Positions 10,293 to 21,133 of a stretch of DNA of 64,000 nucleotides are shown one piece after another. The stretch's first letter is position 1. Each line of letters begins with the position of its first letter. A model generated the notes under the pieces. The model did no database searches. It had not been told where the DNA came from and saw only the letters and a list, made by a program, of their open reading frames with translations. Source of the DNA: a virus; the IMG/VR virus record IMGVR_UViG_3300044771_000072. One strand, written 5' to 3'. The position numbers and the translations under genes were made by a program.

Positions 10293-11793
10293 GCGGCTCC
10301 CGGCGGTACCGCGTACGCGGCAGGGCACCCCGCCGGGTGGCCCTCGAGCGCATGCACCTCGAGTGTGACGCCGAGCGCCGAGAGCGCGATCGAAGACAGC
10401 ACGGTCCCGCAATGCGCGCAGCGTGCGTGCCACACCTCCCTCTCGGACCAAAGGTGGAACCACGACCGGTATTCGGGGTACCACGTCGGCGCGTTCACGC
10501 GGACCACCCGTGCGTGTCATCGCCCGCGTCACTCGCCTTGCAATCGCAGTAGAGGCCACCTGGGCGACCTGTACGCGGGAACAGGTTGCATACGGTCTCG
10601 TGAAAGGAGGGCGGTCCGTACGGCCAACGCTCTGCGGGAACGCTCCAGCGAAGCGACTCGCCATCGGCTGCGAGGTCTCGGGCGCGTGGGCCGGTCCAGG
10701 GTCCCGTCACGGGCGCGGATTTCCCTTCGCGATGTTCCACCAGGCGCGCACGATCGGCGGGGTCACTCCAAGCGCCAGCGCGACATCCGCGTGACCGAAC
10801 GCCGGCGCGGCCTCGTAGAACTCGACGACGCGCTGCATGAACGCAGGCGTCACGACGCAGCCCACGTGCCCTTCGAAGCGCGCCGCCTTCCACACCCCGC
10901 GCGCTCGACCGCAATAGCGGCATACCCGCACGTTGGCGTGGGGCGGATGCGTGGCATCTAGCGCGGCGCGATCCTCCTGATACTGCGTGGCCAGCTCCGA
11001 CAGCGTCATCCGTCGAAGCTCTCCGCGAGCGTCGTCCGCACGAGCTCTGTGATGGCGTCGACCGTCCAGCCAAGTTCACGCAGCATCGTGATGCCGAGAC
11101 CGACGTGACAGCCGGCGAGCGTACTGGCATCGTGCCCTTGCGTCGCGAGACGCACGTCGAGCCCCTTGAAGGCCTCCGTGATCACGTGCGGATCACTCAC
11201 GCGGTGATCTCGCGCGCCTCCAGCTTGACCGGACCGCCGTTGAGGTCTCCGATCTCCTTCGCCACGGCCTGCTGCAGCTCACGCAAACGCTTGGCGTGCG
11301 CGACATGGCCGCGCGAGTGCACCTGCTTGAAGACGTAGGATAGCGACTCCGCGGCCTTGTTGAGATCACGGGTCAGCATTGCCTTTTCGGCGGTAGTCCA
11401 TTGGTTCATGTCGTCCTCTTTCGCAAGATCGCCGCTTCGAACGGCTGCAAGCCGCTGCCATCGCACGGAGGCTGATTGTCCCGACGCGGCTGCTCGTAGT
11501 GACGCGCAAGCGCCTGCGTTGCGGCGACCACCACGATCGGCTGCTCACAAAACGCGCAATCAGCGGTCTCGGGATCGTTGATCACGACGCGCGTCGCCCC
11601 ACGTCCCGCCAGCCACGCACCGTCGAGATCGCCACGCCGAGCCGCCGTGCGATCACCTCATCCTCGACGTCCACGCCGGCCGCGAACCGGCAGAACTCGA
11701 GCGACGGCCTGGCCTGACGCGAACGGAAATAGTCGATCGCGAGCTGGTCGAGCGGACCGGGGCGGGAGGCATCGATATCGAGCATGAAAGACA

Positions 11794-12024
11794 TTACGGC
11801 ATCTCCGGCTGCAGACGTTCGCACGCGATCGCGCTCGGTCCGCAGCCCATGCCCGAGGATGCGACACAGCGGTAACGAACCCCGTCAGCAAGGCACAACG
11901 CCTCACCGTTGCTTTCACCTGCGCACGTGACGGTCTTGCTCCCGCGAACGGTCAGATGGTCCATGGCAAGATCGGCGGTCCGATCGCACGCCGCGAGTGT
12001 CAGGCACAGCAGGAGCTTCTTCAT
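11794..12024 (-). CDS. Small Cys-rich lipoprotein
   Basis: MKKLLLCLTLAA-C lipobox. Confidence 0.6.
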   Translation of the reverse strand: MKKLLLCLTLAACDRTADLAMDHLTVRGSKTVTCAGESNGEALCLADGVRYRCVASSGMGCGPSAIACERLQPEMP

Positions 12025-12079
12025 AGGGCCTCGTCGTCTTCCACCAGCGCAGCGCGCTCATCGTCATCGAAGGGCTCGA

Positions 12080-12265
12080 TCATCGCGCCGCCTTCCGGCG
12101 TACAACGGCCGGGCGCGCCTCCAGATCTGCGATCAACTCCGACGCAAGCTGCGCATCGGATACGCGGGTCTGATGAAAATCCTTCGCGGCGCCCTCGCAG
12201 CCGTATCCGGGGCGCGCGGCGCAGGCGCGGCACGGAATCACGATCGGGCCCAGCTGAAGGGTCAC
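12080..12265 (-). CDS. Small Zn-finger protein (CxxC..PG..C..H..R)
   Basis: IPCRACAARPGYGC...FHQTR; GTGA-coupled start. Confidence 0.55.
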   Translation of the reverse strand: MTLQLGPIVIPCRACAARPGYGCEGAAKDFHQTRVSDAQLASELIADLEARPAVVRRKAAR

Positions 12266-12399
12266 GGCTGGCCGCTCCGCGCGATTCGGCGGACGGCTCG
12301 CAGCCGGCGAGCCGCCGGGCGGGTCCACCAACGGATCCACTCGACCCCAAGAAGGGTCGCCACCGCGATCACGAGCACAAACACGACAACCACCCTCCG

Positions 12400-12429
12400 C
12401 GAATAGCAAATTCCTGACGACCTCGTCAA
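12400..12429 (-). promoter_or_regulatory. Candidate sigma70-type promoter TTGACG-N18-TATTCG
   Basis: Sits at a divergence point between gene blocks; same spacing seen at 29776-29805 and 39672-39701. Confidence 0.35.
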
Positions 12430-12467
12430 CGTAGATCTGCAATTTGCGTGGCAGATCCCGACGTGCG

Positions 12468-13091
12468 ATGTTCCGCCCCATGGCAACTCCCGCGACACGA
12501 TCTCTCTTCCTCACCGCTTTGTTCGCGATCGGCATCGCGACGCCTGCTGTGGCCACTGCGCAAGGCAGTGGATCTGCCGCGCTGATCGAACCGGCGGCGC
12601 CGGCAGGCTCCTCGGCAGGATCTGGTTCCGCAGTCGCGGTAGGATCTGGTTCCGCAGCCGCAGGATCTGGTTCCGCGACGGTGCCGCCAGCCGTCGCCAC
12701 CACGATCACGACCACGACGGCCACCACGACCACGACGGCCCCGGCCGTCGTCACCGATCCGGACGTGGATCCCGAGGGCTTCCTCCACAGCCTCCTACGG
12801 GCAGCCACCAGCGGCGCGTGGAAGTCACTGGCGGGCCTCGTGCTGGTCGGACTGGCCTTCGTGACCCGCAAGTGGCTCCTCGGTCGCGTGGCCTGGTTCC
12901 AGACCAAGACCGGCGGAATCACGATCGCGCTGGCGATCTCGCTCTCCACCACCTTCGGTCTCGCGTGGGCAACCGGTGTCGCCATCTCGGCCACCCTGGT
13001 GGCCAACGCCTTCAGTACGGCGATGGCGGGCGCGGGCGCCTGGCAGTGGCTCCAAGCAGCCACGGAGAAGAAGCCGGCGGTGGCGTCGTGA
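12468..13091 (+). CDS. Membrane protein with signal peptide, GSGSA/Thr-rich linker and 2-3 C-terminal TM helices (holin-like?)
   Basis: Hydrophobic segments; AGGATCTGGTTCCGC three times at 12617, 12641, 12662. Confidence 0.7.
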   Translation: MFRPMATPATRSLFLTALFAIGIATPAVATAQGSGSAALIEPAAPAGSSAGSGSAVAVGSGSAAAGSGSATVPPAVATTITTTTATTTTTAPAVVTDPDVDPEGFLHSLLRAATSGAWKSLAGLVLVGLAFVTRKWLLGRVAWFQTKTGGITIALAISLSTTFGLAWATGVAISATLVANAFSTAMAGAGAWQWLQAATEKKPAVAS

Positions 13092-13465
13092 AGTCGCTCG
13101 CGCTCGCGCTGCTCGTCGCATTCGCGACTGCGTGTCCTGGTCCTGGCCCTGTGGTCACGACGGCCATGGTCGATTGCCTCGCCGAGAGCCCGACGGACAT
13201 CAATCTCGTCTACGAGGAGCTCAAGCCTCTGCTCGACTTTGCCAAGCCGGACTGGTCCGCGATCTACCAGCGCGCCAAGCGATCGGGCGTGAAGCTCGGG
13301 GGCTGCGTCATCGCCAAGATCGTCCAGTTCTATCTCGGGGGGCGACGAGCGCCTGCAGTCGACGATAGCTGGGCTGCTCGGGGGCTGCTCGAGGAGTACC
13401 GATCACACGAGCTCGGCAACGCCACGATTCGCGTCGAGGTCGACGGCAAGATCCTCGAACTGTGA
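13088..13465 (+). CDS. Lipoprotein
   Basis: MKSLALALLVAFATA-C lipobox; GTGA overlap. Confidence 0.7.
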   Translation: MKSLALALLVAFATACPGPGPVVTTAMVDCLAESPTDINLVYEELKPLLDFAKPDWSAIYQRAKRSGVKLGGCVIAKIVQFYLGGRRAPAVDDSWAARGLLEEYRSHELGNATIRVEVDGKILEL

Positions 13466-14241
13466 CGCTCGAGATCGGCAAGCTCGGGCGCGTCGAACCT
13501 GCAAGCGACGACGTCCGCACACGGTCTCGCCTCGCCAGGGCGCTCCCCGCCTCGGCGCTGATACCGCCACGGTCGTATCCGGCAGGGCCCCCGGACCGCG
13601 ACTACCTCGGCGACGAGGACTACCCATGGTTCCTCAACGACCGGCTCGGGTGCTGCACGATCACGGGCATCGCGCACTACCTGGTCGCTGCGGCGCGCCA
13701 GCGCGGCGTCACGATCACGATCACCGATGACGACATCCGTACAGCCTATTCCCGAGCCACGGGCTACATCCCAGGGCGCCCTGAGACCGATCGCGGCGGG
13801 CAGTGCATCAACGCACTGGTCGTCGCGCGCAACGAGGGCATCGGCGGCCACAAGATCGGCGGCTTCGCGCGCGTCGACATGACCGACAAGCTCCAAGTCG
13901 AAGCGATGATCAACCTCACGGGTCCCCTGTTCGTCGGATCGGATCTCCCAAAGCGGATCGAATCCCAGCCAGACGAGTGGTTCCGGCCGCCCCTCGAAGA
14001 GCGCACGGTCGCCGACAAGCCGCGATCCCTTGGCGGCCACGCGTACCTGTACGGTGGCTACAACCACCGCAAGATCAAGGCGCTGCCTTGGCGTAAGCGC
14101 GTCGACCAGCGCTGGGATTGGAGCTTCAGCTACACGGACGAGGGCTGGGCGCTGTTCGACAAGCACTGGGTCGACGGCGACTGTCCGACGCCGAGCGGCT
14201 TCCCGCTCGAGCGGCTGCGCCAGTACCTCGCGTCGCTATGA
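13462..14241 (+). CDS. Papain-like cysteine peptidase (candidate endolysin)
   Basis: NDRLGCCT (catalytic Cys), DRGG, GGHAYLYGGY (catalytic His). Confidence 0.65.
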   Translation: MTLEIGKLGRVEPASDDVRTRSRLARALPASALIPPRSYPAGPPDRDYLGDEDYPWFLNDRLGCCTITGIAHYLVAAARQRGVTITITDDDIRTAYSRATGYIPGRPETDRGGQCINALVVARNEGIGGHKIGGFARVDMTDKLQVEAMINLTGPLFVGSDLPKRIESQPDEWFRPPLEERTVADKPRSLGGHAYLYGGYNHRKIKALPWRKRVDQRWDWSFSYTDEGWALFDKHWVDGDCPTPSGFPLERLRQYLASL

Positions 14242-14386
14242 GCGGCGTCTCGGTCATTCTGGACCTCGCCCGGCGCGGCCGGATCACGCCGGTGCAGGGC
14301 GCGACGCTGCTCGAGCTCCGCCGCGAGCTGGCGTGGCGACGTCAGCCGCTGTGGTACCGTGCGCTCGTCGCGCTGTTCCGCGCGCT

Positions 14387-14635
14387 GTGCTGATCCCTCG
14401 GAAGCCGGGACCGGGGACCGACGATCTGCCGCCAGGGCAGTACGCGAAGAGCCTCAAGCCGTCTCGCCATCGCGGTGGCTGGGCGATCATCCGCTGTCCG
14501 CTATGCGGTCAATGCTCGACCCTTGGCGCCAACCACGAGGTCCGCGCGGACGGTACGGTGACGCCGTCGTACGTGTGTCCGTTCGCCTGCACGTGGCACG
14601 TGCACATCCGCCTCGATGCGTGGGGCGCCCCCTAG
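14387..14635 (+). CDS. Small Zn-binding protein
   Basis: IRCPLCG...TVTPSYVC...CTWHVHI. Confidence 0.55.
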   Translation: MLIPRKPGPGTDDLPPGQYAKSLKPSRHRGGWAIIRCPLCGQCSTLGANHEVRADGTVTPSYVCPFACTWHVHIRLDAWGAP

Positions 14636-15222
14636 TCGATCGAAGGCTCGGGACACTCCGGGCGCTTGTGGCCGGGCCGCCCACAGCCTTTGCACAGCGA
14701 CAGCGAACCCTTGGGGCGCCCGATCTTGGCGGGCCGCTCCTCGGAGTCGATCATGAAGGTCGCGATCGGCACCGGCAGCGCACCCTGGTTGTCGAGATAG
14801 AGATCACACGTCGCCGCGCCGTCCTCGACGCGCAGGGGCAGCTTCGCGTAATAGCGCTGCGCGAACGTCGTAGGCACCGCGGTCGCGCGAAAGCACGTAC
14901 GGCGCATGGGGCATTCCTGCGTGTTGTCCAGTGCCTTGCCCCGGCACATCGCGAAGTCCATCACGGGGCTAGCTCAGCATCTCGTCGTGGCCGTGAATCA
15001 CTGCGACCAGCCGCTCGCAGATCTTCGGATCGTCGAGTGCGCTGGCCACGATCTGATCCACGAACGGACCGATTTTCGGTGCGGTGCGCCGCAGCCTTTC
15101 GTACGTGCGCCCGGAGACGCTGATCGTGAATCGCTTGTGAGTGCCCTGCATGACCCGCGTGTTGTACCTGGGACGTGTGACACAAGCGAGCGGCAGGGAT
15201 CTGCTAGGGCCGGCGCCGCCCG

Positions 15223-15630
15223 TCAGCGCAGGTGACTCTCGAGATCCGCCGGATCCTTCACGATCGTCCTCGCGTTCACGCGATGACGATCCACTGTCCC
15301 GCGGCCCACGATCTTGGCCGCGACGTCGCCGTCAAACAGCAGCCAGTCGCCCGCCGCCACGACCTCGAGCAAGAGGTACGTGCGGCCGCCGGCGCGCCAG
15401 CGTCGATACAGCCACACCCTCTGTTGCGGGGTGTACCAAGGCAGGCGCAGAAGATAAGACGGTTTCACTGGATACTTCGCGAGCGCCTTGAGCTCGATCC
15501 AGATCCCATTGGCGAGGTTGACGTCAGGCGTTCCCGGATGGATCGGATTCTCGACACGGATCGGATCGAGCTTCATCCGCAAGAGATGAGGACGAAGCTT
15601 CTTCCACATTGCTGATTCTAGTCGTGGCAT
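15223..15630 (-). CDS. PD-(D/E)xK nuclease (Holliday junction resolvase / VRR-NUC-like)
   Basis: ES.MW, RVEN...GTPDV...WIELK, PQQRVWL. Confidence 0.8.
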   Translation of the reverse strand: MPRLESAMWKKLRPHLLRMKLDPIRVENPIHPGTPDVNLANGIWIELKALAKYPVKPSYLLRLPWYTPQQRVWLYRRWRAGGRTYLLLEVVAAGDWLLFDGDVAAKIVGRGTVDRHRVNARTIVKDPADLESHLR

Positions 15631-15929
15631 CTACTCGACGTGCTTCCACGTTTTTCTGCTGGGCGAGATCCAATAAAAGCCAGAGCGACGAGTTGCCCAA
15701 CATGCTTGGTGCGGCGCTTGCCGTCTAGCCAGACGCTCACTTCGAGATATTTGCCACGCTCGCAGGGACACGGACGCAAAAAACGCGGCTCGCTAAGCGG
15801 CTTTATTCTAGTTTTCCCGGGGGCTCTCCAAGATCGGATACGCCCAAGATTGGACACTTCATAGCGGTCCTCTGACCCTGGCACGAACTTCCAAATTTCC
15901 TCACAGTCTTCGCGGCGATCTTCCTTCAC
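15618..15929 (-). CDS. NUMOD4 domain protein lacking its HNH domain (homing endonuclease remnant)
   Basis: EIWKFVPGSEDRYEVSNLGRIRS...VGQLVALAFIG, then a stop; lower GC. Confidence 0.7.
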   Translation of the reverse strand: MKEDRREDCEEIWKFVPGSEDRYEVSNLGRIRSWRAPGKTRIKPLSEPRFLRPCPCERGKYLEVSVWLDGKRRTKHVGQLVALAFIGSRPAEKRGSTSSRCHD

Positions 15930-16349
15930 GTGCGCACCGTCAACGTGAACGTCGCCCCAGAGAGCCGGCACACCTCTTGGTAATCGAAGAAATGTGGGAT
16001 CGGATTCCCTGGGAGCCTTGCCCATCCGCGCTTCACCGGCTTGCGGTGCGGAGGGATGCGCGTGCGACGCGGCAAGATCGACAGCTCAACGCCGCACTTG
16101 GGACAGATCAACTTCACCAGCACCCCTTCAGCGTGACGATCGCTACGAGCACGATCGTCGTCACGACCTCGACTAGAACCAGCCATGCGATCAGCGCGCC
16201 AAGAAGACCGCGGCTCATCAACGTCGGGGCCGTGATCGGAGGTCCCACGGGCGTAGCGATGACTGATCGCGCGTGCTCCTCGTGGCATCGAGGGCAACGC
16301 AGGCGCTCGCCGAGGATCGTCGTCGCGCAGTCAATACAGGCCGTGACCC

Positions 16350-16547
16350 TCACGCGCGTCGCCGGCTCTTCCGCTCGGGCAGGAGCCCCGCGAACTCCAC
16401 GTGCTTCACCACGCCCTCGCTGATCAGCCGATGCGCGAGCTGGCCGCGCGATCGGCCGAACAGTCCCGTCTCGAGCAACGTGTCGATCGCATCCGCCACC
16501 TGGGGCGTCACCGTCACGACGATCCGCACGGCGGGTCGCTTGCTCAC
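16350..16547 (-). CDS. Ribbon-helix-helix-like regulator
   Basis: IVVTVT..VADAIDTLLETGLFG.SR. Confidence 0.55.
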   Translation of the reverse strand: MSKRPAVRIVVTVTPQVADAIDTLLETGLFGRSRGQLAHRLISEGVVKHVEFAGLLPERKSRRRA

Positions 16548-16933
16548 GTGGCCCTCCGCCGGAATCGCTGACCGTCACGACCATTGCAGCTCCGACACAG
16601 CGCGCGCAGCGCGACGCCTTCCTCGTGTTCGCGCCAGTACCGCGCGGCGCGCCGCCACGCGTTGACCTTGCGCTTGTCCCACGTGCAGCCTGCCTCGTGA
16701 TCGATCTCGAGCCGGTCGAACGACTGGCACGCCCGACACTTCGCGCAGTAGCCGTATCCAAGCCCCGTCACCGGATCCGGTTCCTCGCCAGCGGCCGTAC
16801 GCGCGGTCACATGCGCCTCGTAGTCGCGCGCGCAGAGCAACGCCACGAGCTTCTCGCGGCGATCGGCCGCGTACTGCTGGCGGGTCTTGGGCCGGTTGTA
16901 CGGCCGACGTGCGCTAGGGACGAGATCGATCAC
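16544..16933 (-). CDS. HNH-like protein
   Basis: CAKC...LEIDH...ALCRSCN. Confidence 0.55.
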   Translation of the reverse strand: MIDLVPSARRPYNRPKTRQQYAADRREKLVALLCARDYEAHVTARTAAGEEPDPVTGLGYGYCAKCRACQSFDRLEIDHEAGCTWDKRKVNAWRRAARYWREHEEGVALRALCRSCNGRDGQRFRRRAT

Positions 16934-17341
16934 GAAGCCTTTCCAAGTACAAAGAACCGGCGGCCGTCGTCAAGCGAAGATGGTGCGTCCGACGACGTAC
17001 CGATCAAGATCCAGTGCCGATTTCCGGGTAGCGGATCCGATCCCTTCCGGGTCACGACGATCGGCACCTCCGTGCAGAGAATCCGCAGGATGTCCTCGTC
17101 GCTCACCGGCGGCTCCCAAGGATGGCGTTGAGCGCGTCGCGGATCTTGCGGAGCTCGGCGCGCGACAGCCACGCAATCATCGCAGCCCCGGGACGGCCAC
17201 GGAGGGGATCTGTATCGTCGAAGCCGGCCTGGACGGAAAGTCCCGAGACCCAACCGCGTGGCAGCTTCGCCCAACCGTAGACGTGGACGCGGCGCTTGTG
17301 CTGCGCCTTGACGGTACGCTTGACCTTGCGCGGTTTCTTCG

Positions 17342-17893
17342 TCATGACAAGGCTCCTCGATCGCGTCGCATGTCTGGCGACTTTAGAATCTCTCGGCTTC
17401 CCTTGAACAGCGCCAGCGCCTGATCGACGCACGCCGTAGTCAGCCCTGTAACCGCGTCAGTCAGGTACCAGGCGGGGCGTAACCGCCACCAGTCGGATCC
17501 GTCATCCAGGGCGACGAACTCCTCCACCTCTGGATGCGCTGCCAGGTAGCACCAGACGTCCATCCCGCGCTCGTACTGGCGTGGCAGGATGTCGTCCAGG
17601 CCGTGCCCCAGCTCGAGCAGCCGGCGTCGCGCCTCTTCAGGCCTGGGCGTCTCGCCGATGATCTCCGCCACGACGCCATGGCGTTGCAGCGCCGGACCGA
17701 GATGGGGCCAATGCGCAAACATCCGCCATGACGACGAGATCACGACCTTCGCGCCGGCGCGCACGACCAGATCGTTCAACGCGTGGACGCACGCCTCCTC
17801 CACGGGGACGCGCAAGAGCGTCTCGTCCCCGCGTTCGAACGGCGTGCTGGTCGTGTTGATCACGCCGTCGATGTCCATGAAAAGGATCCTCAT
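17342..17893 (-). CDS. HAD phosphatase (Swiss-army-knife RNA-repair HAD-like)
   Basis: ILFMDIDGV, VVISSSWR, FVALDD. Confidence 0.8.
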   Translation of the reverse strand: MRILFMDIDGVINTTSTPFERGDETLLRVPVEEACVHALNDLVVRAGAKVVISSSWRMFAHWPHLGPALQRHGVVAEIIGETPRPEEARRRLLELGHGLDDILPRQYERGMDVWCYLAAHPEVEEFVALDDGSDWWRLRPAWYLTDAVTGLTTACVDQALALFKGSREILKSPDMRRDRGALS

Positions 17894-18423
17894 GCGGCAG
17901 CTGACTCCTCGCAGTATCCGTGAAGTTGTGACCAGAGACCGAGCTTGAGCTCGCGCCAGATTCCGAGGACGGCGCTGCGACGCTTCTGTCGGAACCACCC
18001 GGGGCGGTTGGGATCCGGCTGATCCCAGAGCATGCGGCGCGCGTCGGCGAACGTCATGCCGGTCTTGAAGTCCTCGTACGTGCAGCCGCACGCGCAGCGG
18101 GATGGGGTGCGTCGGCTAGCCACCGAGTACCTCCTGGACCTGCCGTTGCATCGTCTCCGCATCCGGCAAAGCCTCCGACCATGCCGCGAGCAGTGATTTC
18201 ATCCGCAGCACGTCCGAATGCTCGGCGAGCAGCGCTGCGGTACGTTCGCGATAGGCGGCTTCGATCACTTCCAAGGCTTCGTCGCGCGAATCCACCTCCG
18301 CGAGCCAGCGCGCTGCGTACTGTGCGAGTTCTACGAGCAGTTGAAGCGTCGATGCTTCCGCGATGCGCTGCGTGTGCTGCCGTTGCGCGGGGAGTGTGAT
18401 CGAGAACTTCACGCGATTGTTCG

Positions 18424-18984
18424 TCATGGACTGACCCATTCCACAAGCAGATCCCATGACGACGACACGGCCGCCCCTGTGGGAACAGCTTCCGTCTGGT
18501 TATGCAGCGTTCGCCACAGCACCGCGAGCTTGCCGCGATGTGCTGCGACCCACTCCGCTACGTGGCTTGCCTTGTCATCGACAAAGACGTCTCCGGCAAA
18601 CAGATATTTCGCCGAGCTGTGATGGACGTGCTTGTGATCGATCTCAAAGTTTCGCAGGAGCCAGCGTTCGCGCTCGTACGTCCAGCCGCTATTCGTGTTC
18701 CACGGGCTCGTCACCACGTGAACCTCCGCGATCTCGCGAAGACGTCGAACTCCATCGAGCGCGCCGGGCAGGATCGGCAGATTCACGGCGAAGCTGCGAT
18801 CGTCACTGATCGCCTGCATCACACGGATCCGATCGTTACCGACGATCCCGAGGGCCTTGCAGAAGTCCCAATGCCATATGTCTTCAGGGACGTGACGACG
18901 GCCGAGCGTACGTTCGACGACTGATAGCGCGCCTCGCGTGAAGTCGCTGAGCAGCCCGTCGCAATCGAGCAGAACGCACCTCAT
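18424..18984 (-). CDS. 5'(3')-deoxyribonucleotidase (HAD)
   Basis: LLDCDGLLSDF, VVTSPW, FVDDK. Confidence 0.8.
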   Translation of the reverse strand: MRCVLLDCDGLLSDFTRGALSVVERTLGRRHVPEDIWHWDFCKALGIVGNDRIRVMQAISDDRSFAVNLPILPGALDGVRRLREIAEVHVVTSPWNTNSGWTYERERWLLRNFEIDHKHVHHSSAKYLFAGDVFVDDKASHVAEWVAAHRGKLAVLWRTLHNQTEAVPTGAAVSSSWDLLVEWVSP

Positions 18985-19397
18985 GCCGCTCTGATCGCCG
19001 CCGACTGGAACATCGCCACCACCGCCGCATGAAACGCCGCTGTGCGCGTCTCGATGAAGGTCTCGTACGACAGGATCCCGGGCATGGGCGGTCTCGTCAG
19101 ATCGTAGCGCGTCAGGCCAAGCGCCTCCGCGCGCGACCACTCCGCGCGCATCCCGCGTGAGAACTCACCGCCGACCGCAACTACCGCGTGGCAACGCTCG
19201 AGCATTGCCATGCTGTCACGCAGGCCCCGCTCGCGGGCGACCATCACCTCGGCGTACGCCAGCGCTGGCGCGGCGATCGAGACGTCGGGGAGTGCGTCGA
19301 TCAGCGCGCGCAGCCAGAGCTTGCTCGAGAGCACGTTCATGGTGCGGGTTGGGCCGTCGCCAAGCGGGTGCATCAAAAACACGACGGGCGTCTTCAC
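18981..19397 (-). CDS. Nucleoside 2-deoxyribosyltransferase-like protein
   Basis: VFLMHP...ERCHAVVAVGG..SRGMRAE. Confidence 0.6.
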   Translation of the reverse strand: MKTPVVFLMHPLGDGPTRTMNVLSSKLWLRALIDALPDVSIAAPALAYAEVMVARERGLRDSMAMLERCHAVVAVGGEFSRGMRAEWSRAEALGLTRYDLTRPPMPGILSYETFIETRTAAFHAAVVAMFQSAAIRAA

Positions 19398-20040
19398 GCG
19401 GCCTCCGAAGGCGCGTTGGATTCCGCGTCGGTCGCGCCGTCGAGCACGAGCGCCTCGATCTCCGTACAGCCGGCGTCGACATCGAGCGACGTCAGGCCGC
19501 CGACCCTCGTGCCGCCGTCGTCATCCTGAACGCGAACGATCACCTCCATCGAACCGGCCTTGCCGCGAAAGCCGCCGGTGGCGGTGGAAAGGATCATCAG
19601 GCGCTCGTAAAGCTCGCGTACGGTCATGGTCTTCATGGGATCTCCTTTGCAGGTACCGTCATCGCCACGAACAGCGCGTAGGCGGCCTTCGTAGCTTCTG
19701 GGGACGCCATGTTCACGGACAGCTCCGCCGTGCCGCCGTCCGACGTGCGAATGAACAGGCCCACCTGCGTGGCGCCTGGCGTCCAGTCCTTCCGGCGTGG
19801 CGGAAGGACGCTTCGCCACTTCACGACGAGGCCCTCTGGTGCTCCCATGCCGCACGCGCGAGGTTCAGGTAGTCCTCTTTGGTACCGCCATTGTGAAGCA
19901 CGTACGCCGCAGAGGTGATCGCCAGAGCCATCGCACAGCCTTGCGGCGAAGCTGTCTTCAGCACGGCCACCTCAGCCAGTGCCGCCGTGACGGTATCGAT
20001 GTCTTTCGCGATAACGTCCATGTCGTGTTGGCTCATACGA

Positions 20041-20334
20041 TCAGTCACTGATGGCCTCCGGGTTCGTTGCGTGCCAGTGCTCGAACAGCGCGCGCTTCTG
20101 ATAGACGCGCTTCTGGATGGCGACGTCATCGAGATCGCAGAAGCGGATCACGAAGCTCACCGCCGCGAGGACGTCCGCGCACTCCTCTTGGAGCTTCTCG
20201 CGCAGGTTCGTACCGTCCCAGTGCAAGATCTCGCCGCGTGAACCGATGAGCTTGCCGCAGACCTGCAGTACCTCGCCGCACTCCTCGACGAGCTTGGAGA
20301 TGCCGGGCCAGCGCCGAGAGCCAATGGAGAACAT
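20041..20334 (-). CDS. MazG-like NTP pyrophosphohydrolase
   Basis: KLVEECGEV...LQEECADV. Confidence 0.75.
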   Translation of the reverse strand: MFSIGSRRWPGISKLVEECGEVLQVCGKLIGSRGEILHWDGTNLREKLQEECADVLAAVSFVIRFCDLDDVAIQKRVYQKRALFEHWHATNPEAISD

Positions 20335-21133
20335 CTAGACCAGCTCCTGCACACGCATGTTCGCGCGATGGGCCTGCGCGGCGTTCACGCTCTCCTCGCG
20401 GATGCCCCTCGGATCCGAGCGCCAGGTGCACAAGCAGCTTGCGGTGTAGGGGCCGGCGCCGGGACGATCCGGCGAGGACTGGGTGCCCTCACCACCCAAG
20501 ATCTTCGTCACGTGCGACGACGAGGGGGACATCTACTTCACCACCTTCAGCGCATTCGCGGACGTGGGCAACTTCTTCGCAGGCGGCTCCGCCAGGTCGG
20601 GCAGCGGATCGCCATGCGCGATCGCGACCATGCCGGCGTGCAGCGCGTCGATCACAGCCACGTACTTTGCCGGGACGCGGACGAGCCCCAGCGACTGATC
20701 GTGGAAGCGCACGGTCTCGATCTTCGCGGCGGTCAGCACGCGGCGGATCCACCTGTCGATCTTGTCAGCCGTTGGGGGTTTCTTCTTCATCGCGGCATCT
20801 CCGTCTCTGTAGATTCTCGCGCCTTCCGTAGATCCGCGCCCATCGGCAGGCGGCGTGCGTACCAGGCGATCGGCACCGCGGCCCAGGACATGACCGCCTC
20901 CCAGGGCGAGAGCGGCTTGAACTTGCGACGGTCGTGGCGAATCAGCTTCGCGGTACGGCTGCCGATCTTCGACGCGCACGTTCTACGGATCACGCGGCGC
21001 GCTTCGCTGAGGCTGCGAAGCCGATACGCCTTGACCGGTACGCCGTGCACGAAGGTGACGACGACCCAGCGGCCACCGGGCTTGCGCGGGAAGCGGCCGC
21101 GGCGCGACTGCCATGCTTCTGGGGTGGACGTGT

